A DNA stretch of 64,000 nucleotides from Schizochytrium sp. TIO01 (GCA_004764695.1 SMSO01000025.1:2852001-2916000); one strand, 5' to 3'. Numbered from the stretch's first letter, positions 1 to 11,933 are shown. Made by a program: numbers and translations. The notes: generated by a model from the letters alone, not told the origin.

Positions 1-808
1 TTAGATTTAGAAATAAAATTTAAAAATAACATAAAATGTGGAAATCGCTTCCCCCCCCCCACTTGAAAAAAAATAAAAAAAATCAATGAAATGGGTCTAC
101 GTTTGATTTCTTGGAATCACCTCTTCTTTCTATTTTTAAAGCAATAGACGAGTGCCAGTAGGTACGTACTGTGCTACGTACTGTGCAGAGCGTGGGAGTT
201 AGGCAGGGAAAGCATAATATGCAACGAGCTTTGAAAATTTACACTGAGTAACCGCGGAAAGAAACCTCCATTTGCACAATTTCACTCTTCAAAGACCCCA
301 CTAGTGTTATCAATAAATAAATTAAAAACGACAAAAGGTTTTCAATTAATTAAATAATTAAAGAACCATAACAATTCTAGTAAATAAAAATAAAGAAACT
401 ATTTTATTTATCTATTTCTTAATAAGGGGAAAAAGGGGAAAACGAAATAAAACAAAAGAGTACATTCAATGTTTTTCAACAGTTGATGCCGCTTTTCCGC
501 AGCTAGCTTCCCTTCTGAAAGGTCGCCCAAACGTCCCTCCCGATTCTCCGTTTCTCCAGGCACCATGAGCTAAGCGCGTCCTACAGCCTCCTCAGCCGCC
601 CTTGGCAGTTTCCATCTCTCTCTCCCCGCGATCGTCCATGAAAACGTACAAAGCAAAACGATCCATTCCATCTCGGCAATCTAGCTGTACATAGCCGTGT
701 CTTTCGCTCGTCTTTCGCAATCTCGCAGGTACATACATACACTCTCGACTGACGACTCAGAAGGCTAAAAATGGTGCCCTGAAGAGTGGAAAGCTTTCGT
801 TCGTAATC

Positions 809-809
<1 letters not shown>

Positions 810-855
<46 letters not shown>
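810..855. repeat. (GATT)n microsatellite
   Basis: About 11 tandem GATT units. A second, degenerate GATT/GGTT run lies at about 1107-1210. Confidence 0.95.
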
Positions 856-1381
856 TGAGCTGATAGTCACTGTAGGCTCTGCTGTACAGTCCTGTTGACT
901 GTAGTGCTACCTACCATACTGACTCACTGACTCTCTCACTTACAGGCTCTCGAGGTCAGTTTGAAAGTGAGAATGGACGATTGAATCCGTTACAACCGGC
1001 AGGGTATTAATTAAGCAAGGCGGTTTTCAAGGGACCGAATGCAGTCATAAGCAGGGAGGGTCAACAGCTCTCTACGGATCGTCATACGCATAGGTACAGT
1101 CTCACTCGATTGGCTAATTGATTAATTGATTGATTGATTGATTGGCTAATTGATTGATTGATTGATTGATTGATTGATAGGTTGATTGGTTGATTGGTTG
1201 GTTGGTTGTTGGCCGGTCGATTGATAAGGAAGAAGAATAAAGCGATTGGTCAATTTGACTCATCTTTACACTTGAAAGGATCAAGTCACACTGGCTATGC
1301 AGATCTCGACGAACGTCCTTCGATGGTGGCTATTTCATTGTGAAAGGAAATCCTCTTTCTTTCTTTATAACCCCAATGGCA

Positions 1382-1443
1382 TTGTTGTTGTTGTTTTTGT
1401 TGTTGTTGTTGTTGTTGTTGTTGTTTTCGTTGTTGTTGTTGTT
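1382..1443. repeat. (GTT)n microsatellite
   Basis: Tandem GTT units; they explain the poly-Leu spurious ORF 1340..1585. Confidence 0.9.
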
Positions 1444-3429
1444 AGCACTTTTACTTCTTGAGTCAATTATTTATTTACCTTTTTATGAAGAGGGTGAAAT
1501 GGCTGTCAGCCGGGGAGAAGCCAGGTACGTCATAAGACCAGGCTCGCAACGACACACACAGACACACCAATCCAGGAGGCGTTAACTATAAGAGATCGGC
1601 AAGTGTTCATGTGTGAAGGAGCACGAAAAAATAGAACTTTCGAGGACTCTACAAAATAGCATCACCAAGCAGGCTATTGGTCAAATAATGCGGTTTTACA
1701 GCCAAATGGCGTTTCTTACCTCATGACCTAGACTATCACTATTTTCGCTCTGTTTGAGTTCAATATTTTAAAAAAAGATCGGCCAAGTGCGAGTCATCTT
1801 GCAAAGTTCCTCGTGAAGTTCGTCAGGGCAGTCTAATAGTTTCTGTAGGCTTAGATTCACAAACAAGCTGATCCTTGTACAATGTGTTACACCATTGAGA
1901 CGGCCATCCAAGTAGGTTTTGCGATAGTGCTAAAACCGCAGCCTAGAAAATTAGCGCATTGTTTCATCGTATGACTTGGGGACACAGGATTGGATCGGTT
2001 TTATCGGGGCACTTATACATTTAGAAGTTCGATACAGCAGTGTCAGATTGGTTCTGTAGCAGAAGTACTAATCCATTGTTCCACGGCTGTTGGAATTGGA
2101 CCTCCCATGATGATCTTCTTGGATTTACTTATGACATTTACAACAAAGCACTTTGTGTAGACAGAGCAATAAGTTGAAGTATTACAGCCACAGCTGATCC
2201 TTTAATTATTATTATTTAAATTCACCTGTTATTCAAAGGCCCACACTCGATAAGTCTAAATGCTTACTTTGCTGGTCATGGTCATTACTGCATTTGCGCA
2301 CCTTGTTGACCGTTTATTCGGGATTTTGTCCGTAGAATTCTTGGGTGAATAACGCAATGATAGTGTACAAGTCAATTGACTGCAAGACTGTTCACCTTGG
2401 ATGAAAAGGAATGCGAAACGCTTTACTCCAACATCACAACCTTTGTCTGCCTTTGCTCGATTCGAGTTAGTGTCGAGGCTTGAAGAATTAATTTAATTTC
2501 AATTATAGGGTATGCAACCTCAAAACTCGGGATTACTGATTCGTTGACTTGAGTTTTACCCAATTCCAAGGATTGATTAGAGTAGCCCCTGACTAATGGC
2601 TGTGAGACTAGACATAAAGCCAGCTCATGGTACCTGACCAACGCATATTCCTGTGCGAAAGTACATATAGAGAAGCGCATTTTGCTCACATGAGCCTTTA
2701 CAAGTGGATCACGAATCTGGATAGAATGCAGTGTTTAGAGTCCAGGCTTGTGGACTAATAGCCTCCTCGGTCTCATAGATAGCAATATCATTAGCTCCAG
2801 GCACACAGTCAGTGAAACAGCAAACCGCTCGCGGTACCACAAGCGTGGAAACAGGCTTCTTTTCTTGTTTTCCCGCTGTCCACTTTTATTCCAGTAGCCT
2901 CTAATAATAATTATTTAATAGCATTCCTTCTAAGTTGTTATCAGTAATAACATCATTAGTACTGGGGGTACGCGAAACATTTTTCAATTAAAATTAAAAA
3001 CCAAAATATAAATACGAACATGAACCGATGCCACTATTCGAAATTTTCTTTTAGTCTCATGGTCTAATTTATTTGAAGCTTTTAAAATTGAAATAAAAAT
3101 AAAATTATACTATTAAAATAAAATCTCAAACAGAAATACAAAGAAAGCACTATTAAAAACAGCTTTCAAGCGCTCCACAGTCCTCTGGGATAACCCACCC
3201 CACAAACGGCTGTGGGATATGTGAATAGTGATATCCCCAGAGCTTCCCCGCACGTAGCAACTCGCTGACAACCTGGCTGCTCTGATTGAATGGTATGCTC
3301 AGTCTGCGATCCGAGCTAGTCCTTAAACCAGAGGATGTAGATAAACTTCATTTTTACTCCTGCTCACGCGAGTTCGTTCATCGTAAGGCTTCAATTTGGA
3401 ATAGCCAACTCATCACACGAGGTTGAGAT

Positions 3430-3468
<39 letters not shown>
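3430..3468. repeat. poly-T tract
   Basis: Uninterrupted run of roughly 38-39 T. Confidence 0.9.
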
Positions 3469-3472
<4 letters not shown>

Positions 3473-5484
3473 AAATATAATGAAAGGAAAGAAGGAAGAA
3501 AGAGCAAACATTTTAGTGAAAAACAAAATCAATTGTATTATTAAAAAAATTGCTCTTTTTTTTTGAGAGGGAGCAAAATTAAAGCAAGCTAACAGCATTA
3601 TTGAAAGCTAAGTTAATCTAAGCAGAAGGGTTTTATTGAGCTATGCTTTGAAAGTCCATCTTCGCTAGGGAGAAGCAAGTGTGGCAGGGGTTTTCCCTTC
3701 AAAGGCAAAGGCAGACGTACCATACAATCAATATTGTTGATCACAGCAGGAGCTATTTTGCATCTACTCATATATGTTACTTTTGCATATTGGTACCTTG
3801 CTTATACAATCTCGTGCCTTTTTGTGTCTTTTTTAGAATTAATATAGTTAATATTCATCATTATATATAAATATACTTGAACCTGCTTATGAAGAAGCTT
3901 GAAAGTGGAAAATGTGATATTTCGCAAGACATTATGGTTTCGGGAAGTCCTGGTAGCACATTATGTGAGCGATTCCACAGATACAATCTTCTGGCAGGGT
4001 ATATTGCCACGTCTAATTGCGCCCTCCGCTGCAACTGGAGCTCCCGTGTGCGCCTTTTTAGTGAAATACATACCCGATAGGTTACTCTTAAAATCGCGAA
4101 CTACGTAGGTACCTAGTTAGTTGTTTTACTCCGCTTTGCTCCTAATTCGCAGCCTAGGTCGTACCTACCTACCTACCCGTGGTATCCCCTTATGGAATCG
4201 GCTTCGTTGATGATCAATGCGCTGCCCAAAGTTTTGTTCTTTTAATCTATTAGCCCAAAGGGAAGAGACATCGGGTCCATTCTCTTAGGGTCTCTTCGTT
4301 TCGCAAACCTATATAAATGAGCTCTCTCGCCGGTCGACTCGTTCTGTGAGACGGGTGTAGCTAATTAAGCTTAACTTGGGAACTGTCTCGCTCTGTGTGA
4401 TCAAGAATCGAATAAATTTGTCCTACTGACTGCTCGATGAAGGCAATTCTTTGCGTCGACTGGCAAACAACCAGCTGCTAATCCAAAGATGGCCGCGCCC
4501 CTGTGCACCGTGACTTGATCGACCATATCTCACGAGTTCAATGTTCAATATTGCACAGTGGTCTTTTTTCGAAGAAGCAAGCAGAAACGAGCCGTCTCAT
4601 ATTATATTGTTCGACAACAGGCGACATTTTCTACTACTGCGATCATTTTCTTTCTGCGACCAGTTTAATCTCTTTCTTTCAAACAAAAAAAGGGCTTTGC
4701 ACAGGTCGCGGTCCTTGAAGAAGAGAGAAATACAAGCTTCTGTAAAAACCGGCAGAAGGCCCTCAAGCATGCGACCAAGGGCGGGTCTCCACCCTGTGGT
4801 GCCGTGGCCTCCACAGCGGCGGTGTCTGCGGTGTGCTCGCCGGACTGGTCTGTCTATCTGTCTCTCTGTCTGTCTACGCGCTGAGGACCCACAGAAGTCA
4901 CAGCGTATACGTACTTCGCTGAGCGTAGACTGACTATAGAGTGACATGGGAAAGAAGAAGGAGGAGCAGAAGAAGAAAGGGGACACCGATCTCTCTGTCC
5001 ATTGTGCGAAACCATTCTTCACTCGTCTGTCTTCGTTTGATTGATTGGTCTGTTGGCCAATCAGCCTCTTCAAGAGCAGGGCTCACGCACAGCCCTAGAG
5101 AGGCCGGCGTGGAGGGCGTAAGCAAGCACGCATACGCGCCATGTCTCGAAGGGAGCTCCAATCAGTTCCTGAATTGGCGGGAAGCGACTGCGATCGCGGG
5201 AACAAAGCGAGGGGTATTCTGAATACGTGTCGCTGCTGTATTGAGCTAGCTAGCTCTAGCTAGCTGAGAAGCTGGCTTCGCTTGCTTATTTTGCAGGACG
5301 AGGCGGTCTTTGTAGAGCGGCACACGGCAAAGGCGAAGCGAGGGGACTTGAGCCTGAAGGTCTCTTGAACTCAGGGCTTCCTCGGGATATTGCTGCTGCT
5401 GCTGCGACGACTGACCTGGAAAGGAGAGATTTTGCAGAGGTGCGTACTGCTGCTGCTTGTTTACATGCTTGTTTATCGATGGAT

Positions 5485-5600
5485 GAAGGAATGAAGGAAT
5501 GAAGGAATGAAGGAATGAAGGAATGAAGGAATGAAGGAATGAAGGAATGAAGGAATGAAGGAATGAAGGAGTGAAGGAATGAAGGAATGACGGAATGAAG
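5485..5600. repeat. (GAAGGAAT)n 8-bp tandem repeat
   Basis: About 14 copies of GAAGGAAT with rare variants (GAAGGAGT, GACGGAAT). Confidence 0.95.
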
Positions 5601-7250
5601 GGGGGAATGCCCAGTGGCAGAGACAGCTAGATAGATAGATAGATACACAGCACGGACCAATGCAGCACGCCAACAGGTGGAGTCCCTTAACAAAAATGCC
5701 GGACAGGAGCTGCCTGTCTGAGTGCCGACTGATTGTTTGTCTGTCGGGTTTCCACTGTGGGTGCAAGTGTGCTGGTAATCACTGCCGGGCGGCCCGTCCT
5801 ATGGTTTAAGTTATGCTTACCCTAACAATACCGACAGACATGGCTGCGTGATGACCTCTGACTCTGTGATTTGCTGGGAACTCGAAAAGGAATTGAGGAA
5901 AAGAAGAGACAAAATAAGTTTTCAACTGATGGCGGAGGATGAGAGGCTTTAAAAGAATTTGAAGATAAAAGCAGGCGGGGTTGAATTGGAGAAACCCATC
6001 GCTGCCTAGCGCCTGCTTTTGATTCTGTCTGAACAGAGCTGGCGTTGGACGAGTTTGAGAACGCAGGGCTGGGAACAGAAAGAGCACCAAAAGCCTGTTC
6101 CTTTGCTTGCTTTCGGCAGCCTGGAGTTACTAACGTTAGGTTTCGTGGCGGAATCCTCTGAATAAAAGACGCCATGAAAGACTGACTGTTGGGTATACTC
6201 TCTATACATTTTTTTCAAGTTAATACTAAGAAGTGAAAACTAAAACTAAAACTAACTTCAATCTATTTATCATTGCATTTGTGATTCTACTTCATCAATC
6301 TTAAAGTTTCAGTCAGTTCGTTTAATTGTTTTTAGTCACTTTTTAAAAATAAAGTTATAAAACTATATATATACACAAAAAGAAAGAAGGAAGAAAAGAA
6401 GAGAAGAGACTTTATAGAATCGAAGAGAATAATGTTTTGCATGGTAGGTACCGATGGATGGAATAGGAGCGATCGTGGTGAAAGCAAGCTTGAGAAGCCT
6501 CTCTTTGGTTTGCAGGCAAGCAACCAGCAATGCGCAGGATGGGGCAAGCAGGCTTGGCATTGCGCTGCCATCAGAGGCGGTGTGCACTATGCAGGCAAGG
6601 GCCAAGAGGCCTGCGTGCAAAACTCTGCGCCGCGCACCAGGTAGCCAGCACGCAGCAAGTGCCCTGAGAGTGAAGAAAAGAAGAAACAAAAAGAAAGAAG
6701 AAACAAAAAGAATGAAGAAACAAACAAACAAAGAAGAAGAAAAAGTGGCGCACAGTTTATTCTGTGAAAATGAAGGAGGAGCAGGAGTCAATTGATAAGG
6801 AAAGGAACAGCTACAGAAGCAGCACGAGGAAAACGGGATTGGATTGGAGAGAGTTCGTAGGCTAAATAGCTAGCTAGCTAGCAGCTAGTTTGGATATGCA
6901 TATAATGTTTAATAACTTTTTTTAATATTGTTAATTTTATCTAATACTAATGATAATATATTTATTATCATTATTATTATTATTATAACACGTAGCTAGG
7001 AAAACAAATGGTGTTGAGAAGGCAGCGCCGGGCATTTGAAAGATGGCCTCCTCAGCGCCACGTTTTGCAAGGTACTGATTCACCAGGCTCGTCGATCTCT
7101 ATGCTACGCCCGCTACCTTTGCTGCAGGCAGGCCTGCCCTTTAATGAATTGCATACATCGACGTGTATGTTTCGCCGCATTTGGGGAAACTAAAATCTCA
7201 CTATTCTTTTCAATTGACTATACTTCATTCATAAACAAATAAATAAATAA

Positions 7251-7252
<2 letters not shown>

Positions 7253-7282
<30 letters not shown>
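7253..7282. repeat. (TA)n microsatellite
   Basis: Dinucleotide run inside the AT-rich island upstream of the phytochrome gene. Confidence 0.9.
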
Positions 7283-7286
<4 letters not shown>

Positions 7287-7948
7287 ATTTTTTTTTAATA
7301 TTTTTTTTTAAACATGTCTTTGGACTCTCTCTTATCTCTTTAATTAAAAATTAAATTTTAAAATAAAGTAGTGTCCTCTCTGAGTTCCCAAGAACTCTTA
7401 GGATTAGAGCCCTCTCAATTCCTTTCTTTCTTACAAGTTTCTTTTCTTCTCTCCTCTTCTCTTCCAATCTACTTCCTCTTATTCTCTTCTTAATGCCGGC
7501 GACTCGAAGCAGCGAACAAACAAAATCGAATCAGCAAAAACCAAAAGCCCCCGTGCCCGGCCGTGCGTGGCGTTTCTCAGCCAGAGCAGCCTTGCTCCGT
7601 GGTGCCTGCAGCGGAGCACCGTGCAGGTTCTGAGGACAGAAGCACGCTCGACGTCGCTGGACCTTGGCTGGCAGCTAGTGCCTCGTCTGCTGCGCGCGTT
7701 GACCTCGAGCAAGACGAGGTTCTTATTATTGACTTGCGCTTCTTATTACTTTATTACTTAACCCTATTCACTTATTGTGTGTAGAAAGCTCGTGGTCGCG
7801 GGTCTGCTTTCCACAGTGTCACTTTTGCGGACGCTGGTGCAGATCAAGAAGGAATCGCAGCAGCAAATCCCGAACACCTTGTAAATCGACGCTGCCGTTG
7901 CCGTCGTAGTGGTGTGTGTTTCTGCTGTAGAACTAGCTCGCAGAAACC

Positions 7949-10900
7949 ATGGCTCACAATCGGTGGAAGGACTTGGAGGGTGCCTCCACACGTAATGGTC
8001 TCACAGCATGTGATACAGAACCCGTCCACTTGGTGCCCCTGATCCAAGAAGGAATGGGCACCGTGTTGGTTGTCCATGTTACTGGCGAAGACAAGAGCAC
8101 CCGCACCGTGAGACAGGTCTCGGCTAATTGCAAAGAATGGTTCAACAAATCCCCAGATGAGATGCTTGAGCATGACCTTGATGACGTGATGCCAAAGGAG
8201 GTCTGCGCTCTGGTTGACGAGGCTATAAATTTCGAGCATTTGCCAATCGAATGCAGCACAGATCTCCCGGAGCGCTTCAAAGAGCAGGTTCTTGGACAAG
8301 ATATGTGCGACTGGTGGAAAGACATTTACAGTATCAACGACATGAACGTTTTCTTGAAGTCCAATTCCACCGTACCACCTTTAGCATCACGTGACATGAC
8401 CAGCCGACTCGTTCTTGAAACTAAGGGCCAAGTGCATGTGTCAGTATCTGCATCACGAAGGCCGCAACCCAATGATGACGATCTCAATGAAACTTTCATG
8501 CCAGTCTGGTCTGTTCTCATCACCTTTGAGGAAGCTGATGTGAACACCGAGACCTTCATGTCTGAATTCGGTGCTGTGGAGCGTCTAGATCGTCAGAATT
8601 GGCAGCTAGAGTCTGCTCGCGATGAGAAAGAACTTGCACAATTACTTACCGATTGTGTTGCAGATTTTTGCCAGTTCGACCGCGTCATGTACATCAACTT
8701 TCTTCCTGGCGGCCACTGCGAAACGGTCGCTGAGAAGTGCAAAGAGGGCATCCCTTCTTTCTTGAACTATCGTTTTCCCGCCACTGATATTCCAATCCAG
8801 GCTCGTACTTTACTCAAGCGCAACCGTGTGCGCCACATCATGGATACAACATCGCCTGGCGTTGAGCTGGTACCTTGCCACATTGATGGTCGCCTAACTG
8901 ACCTAAGCAACTGTCATCTTCGTCAGTGCGGCCCCATTCATCGACAGTACCTGAACAACATGAAGGTCTTCTCAAGCTGTACCGCTGCGGTTATGGTTAA
9001 CGACATGATCGTTGGCATGCTCTCGTGCCATAACAATGCTTGTCCACTCACCATGGGTCCAGCCAAGCGAATGCTCTTGCGTCAGCTCTGCAAGTCGGCA
9101 TCATCTGTGCTGCAAAGCATTCGATCCCGCCGATCGCAGCGTCTCGCCGCTAAGATTCAGCGCGTGTTATTGCCACGATTCGAATCTGTCACGCAAGCAG
9201 TTGAGGTCCTGTCTGAGTCTGAAGCTATTCTCCGAGATTCTGCAGAAGCTGATGCGATTGTCATCGTTAGCTACGATCTTGATGCTGAGGACGACATTCG
9301 TTCCGTACGACAAGCACTCAGCTTTGGTGTATCTGTTGACCACGATTCCGTTGTTGCCGCTACTCACGAACTTTGTGATGCAAATGCCGCTGATCTGATT
9401 CCTAACACGGCCTCTATTCACAAAGACTGTCCACAAGCTTACGCAAAACACCAAAAGGCTATTGATGACAGCAAGATGTGCGGAATTGCTGTCATTCGCC
9501 TCGTTCTCTGCGACATTGTGCTCGTTCGCTTGGGTGTACGGCAAAATATTCGCTGGGCAGGCGCCCAAGCAGCATCCACAGGCAAAGAGCTTACAACAAG
9601 CTCGCGTCTTCAGCCTCGTGGCTCGTTTCAGGCTTTTGACGAAAGATTAAGCAACGTTTCCTTTGATTGGAGTGATACTCAGCTTGATGCACTTAGCTCT
9701 TTCCGCGCCCATGCTCATGTTTCATTCTGTGATGTGCTTGCAGCTGATGAACGTCGACGAACCAACAAGCTTACCAAGCGGTTTCTTGCCAGTGTTAGCC
9801 ACGAGCTGCGGACCCCGTTCAATGGCATTGTTGGCTTGCTCAGTGCACTTTCCGAGGAGCAAGGTATGCCTGCAAGTGCCAAAGATCTTGTTGGAACAGC
9901 TGGGCGATCAGCAGATGCCATGCTTGGTATTCTCGACGACTTGCTTACAGCTGCTAAGCTTGATGAACGAAAGGTAGAACTTCTCGCCAACCCTATCGAT
10001 GTGCCTCTGATTGTCAATTCCGTATATTTACTTTTTGAGCGTACTGTCTCAGCGGAAAGTCTCCGACTCGTTGAAAAGGTCAGCTCGCATATTTCAATGG
10101 ATAAAAAAGGTTTGCTGGGTGATTCCGGACGTATTCGGCAAATCTTGCTCAACCTTGTGGGCAATGCTCTCAAGTTCTCCCACAAGTCAGACGGAAGCAT
10201 TCGTAAAGGCCAAACAATTAACCTCGAGTCGGCGATATTCTCTGACCGAGACGCTCTCCATGCTGAGGTCATGAAGACTCTCAATAAGTACCAAGGTGTG
10301 AGTCAGCCTCGTGAGGATGTTCTTCATTCTATCCTCGACTGCGTTCATCCTCTGTTAAAAGAGACTCCTGAGGGCGAAAATGAAGATGTAGGAGTTGTCG
10401 CAAACGGTACCAAGGTTGAAGATGAAGAAGCGAAAAATGCTGGTGGCACGATTCCTTTGGAAAGGTCCTCCTCTGGCAAATCTGTCTTGGAGAGCCAGGA
10501 AGTCCTCGAAATTTCTGAAGATAGCATCTGCGCAAGGAGTTCCTACAAATCTGCCTCATCTTTGATGACAGTAAATAGCGGTGAGGTGGAGCCAGAAGTT
10601 GTGTATGCCTTATTCACTGTGACAGACGAAGGTATTGGTATGGAAGAATCGGCAATGCGCAGCAAGCTCTTCCAAAAGTTCTCCCAAGTCCATTCGGTGG
10701 GTATTCGCAAGAAATATCAAGGCACTGGCCTTGGTCTTTCTATCTGCTTTGACCTCGCTATCCTTATGGGAGGCAACATCTGGGCATGCTCTTCCCCCGA
10801 TAATGGTACAGCCTTTCAGTTCTTTGTGCCTCTGCAGATGGTCCCTGCAAAAGAGGCCCCCGTGGTTAGCTCCGTTGAAGAGGAGGAAACGTCCACCTTT

Positions 10901-11389
10901 CGAATGTTATGCAAACCGTGCACTTTGCAGCCCACCCAGGATGTAGAGGAGAACAAATTTGTCACCGACAGTGAGGAAGATGAATTCGATCTCTTCATTC
11001 GGGATGCTCTAGCTACACAAAAGCCCGTGATGGTAGCTGCTGACGATAACAATGTGAACCGCCTTGTTCTCGGCCGTTCCTTCAAAAATGCCTTCCCTGG
11101 GAACCCGAATATGTGCTGCGATGGTGGACTTCCTCTCGTGGCCCTTGTTCGCAAACTCGTATTGGCTTCGTGCCCTATTGCGGCTGTCGTGATCGATTTC
11201 CATATGCCAGATTGCGATGGCTTGACCGCAGCAACAGAAATTCTAAAGATCGATCCCAAGATTAAAATCTGGCTTTACACAGCTGACACGTCCCCTGACC
11301 TGCAAGACCAAGCAACTGGTCTTGGTCTCCGTGGAGTTATTGTGAAGCCAAGTACCCTCAAAACATTCAAATCTACTCTCCTGTCCTAA
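7949..11389 (+). CDS. Phytochrome-type hybrid sensor histidine kinase (PAS-GAF-PHY-HisKA-HATPase_c-REC), bacteriophytochrome/fungal/stramenopile type, 1146 aa
   Basis: N-terminal LTACDTEPVHLVPLIQ resembles BphP CxxEPIHxPGxIQ (Cys21). GAF motifs: FDRVM, RFPATDIPIQAR, LRQCGPIHRQYLNNM, GMLSCH. PHY tongue: WAG...PRGSF. H-box SHELRTP (H618), N-box NLVGNALKF, G1 DEGIGM, F-box LFQKF, G2 GTGLGL. Receiver: ADDN...IDFHMPDCDG (D1083)...T...KP. Single ORF with no intron needed. Confidence 0.96.
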   Translation: MAHNRWKDLEGASTRNGLTACDTEPVHLVPLIQEGMGTVLVVHVTGEDKSTRTVRQVSANCKEWFNKSPDEMLEHDLDDVMPKEVCALVDEAINFEHLPIECSTDLPERFKEQVLGQDMCDWWKDIYSINDMNVFLKSNSTVPPLASRDMTSRLVLETKGQVHVSVSASRRPQPNDDDLNETFMPVWSVLITFEEADVNTETFMSEFGAVERLDRQNWQLESARDEKELAQLLTDCVADFCQFDRVMYINFLPGGHCETVAEKCKEGIPSFLNYRFPATDIPIQARTLLKRNRVRHIMDTTSPGVELVPCHIDGRLTDLSNCHLRQCGPIHRQYLNNMKVFSSCTAAVMVNDMIVGMLSCHNNACPLTMGPAKRMLLRQLCKSASSVLQSIRSRRSQRLAAKIQRVLLPRFESVTQAVEVLSESEAILRDSAEADAIVIVSYDLDAEDDIRSVRQALSFGVSVDHDSVVAATHELCDANAADLIPNTASIHKDCPQAYAKHQKAIDDSKMCGIAVIRLVLCDIVLVRLGVRQNIRWAGAQAASTGKELTTSSRLQPRGSFQAFDERLSNVSFDWSDTQLDALSSFRAHAHVSFCDVLAADERRRTNKLTKRFLASVSHELRTPFNGIVGLLSALSEEQGMPASAKDLVGTAGRSADAMLGILDDLLTAAKLDERKVELLANPIDVPLIVNSVYLLFERTVSAESLRLVEKVSSHISMDKKGLLGDSGRIRQILLNLVGNALKFSHKSDGSIRKGQTINLESAIFSDRDALHAEVMKTLNKYQGVSQPREDVLHSILDCVHPLLKETPEGENEDVGVVANGTKVEDEEAKNAGGTIPLERSSSGKSVLESQEVLEISEDSICARSSYKSASSLMTVNSGEVEPEVVYALFTVTDEGIGMEESAMRSKLFQKFSQVHSVGIRKKYQGTGLGLSICFDLAILMGGNIWACSSPDNGTAFQFFVPLQMVPAKEAPVVSSVEEEETSTFRMLCKPCTLQPTQDVEENKFVTDSEEDEFDLFIRDALATQKPVMVAADDNNVNRLVLGRSFKNAFPGNPNMCCDGGLPLVALVRKLVLASCPIAAVVIDFHMPDCDGLTAATEILKIDPKIKIWLYTADTSPDLQDQATGLGLRGVIVKPSTLKTFKSTLLS

Positions 11390-11933
11390 ATAGCAAATTC
11401 TATTATATCATACAAATTCATTCTTTTTTTACATTTCATTTTTGGTGAATTCTACGTCACTATGTTCATAAATGTTACCAAAAGGCTGTAGAGGAGAAGT
11501 TTAATGTTGTTGTGTTACTCTTCTCAGATTAGAGTGTTGTAGGATATCTTCCTGTTCCAAAAATGTCAAAATATATTCCATGTAAAATATATTTTAATAT
11601 TATGCTCGCATCAAGCCACCACTAAGTGTTAGTGTCCCCAGATATTGTAGCCAATCACAGGGCTTCCTCTTCCTGCAAATAAAAAGATCAATGTCTTGCT
11701 TCAGGCATGATTCCAACCAACAATACAATATCTCGTCGCGAGAGAGAAGTTTAATACTACGTCTATTAACAATCTAATCAGTCATACTACTGAACTATAA
11801 ATTGCATCTTGCCCTGCCTTGCAGGCAGACACCCAATTATATAAAATTTATTTGCTTATTAAAATTTTTGAGAATCAAAGACTTGCTCCTTCAGTGCAGG
11901 AACATATATTATATATTTGATTGTAAGGATTGC

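Noticed and set aside
1600-2900. Possible decayed gene or transposon (similar texture at 25.3-26.9, 37.8-39.3 and 48.2-49.5 kb)
   Set aside because: Manual translation of parts gave no recognisable domain and no terminal repeats were seen; cannot be supported without a search.
5286-6795. ORFs with SFLHSFIP repeats or Lys/Phe-rich stretches
   Set aside because: Translations of simple repeats.
7949-11389. Bacterial contamination or a recent horizontal insert as the source of the phytochrome
   Set aside because: It is embedded among eukaryote-specific genes with similar composition, has no operonic heme oxygenase or mobile-element flanks, and most neighbours are also intronless. Ancient transfer is not excluded.
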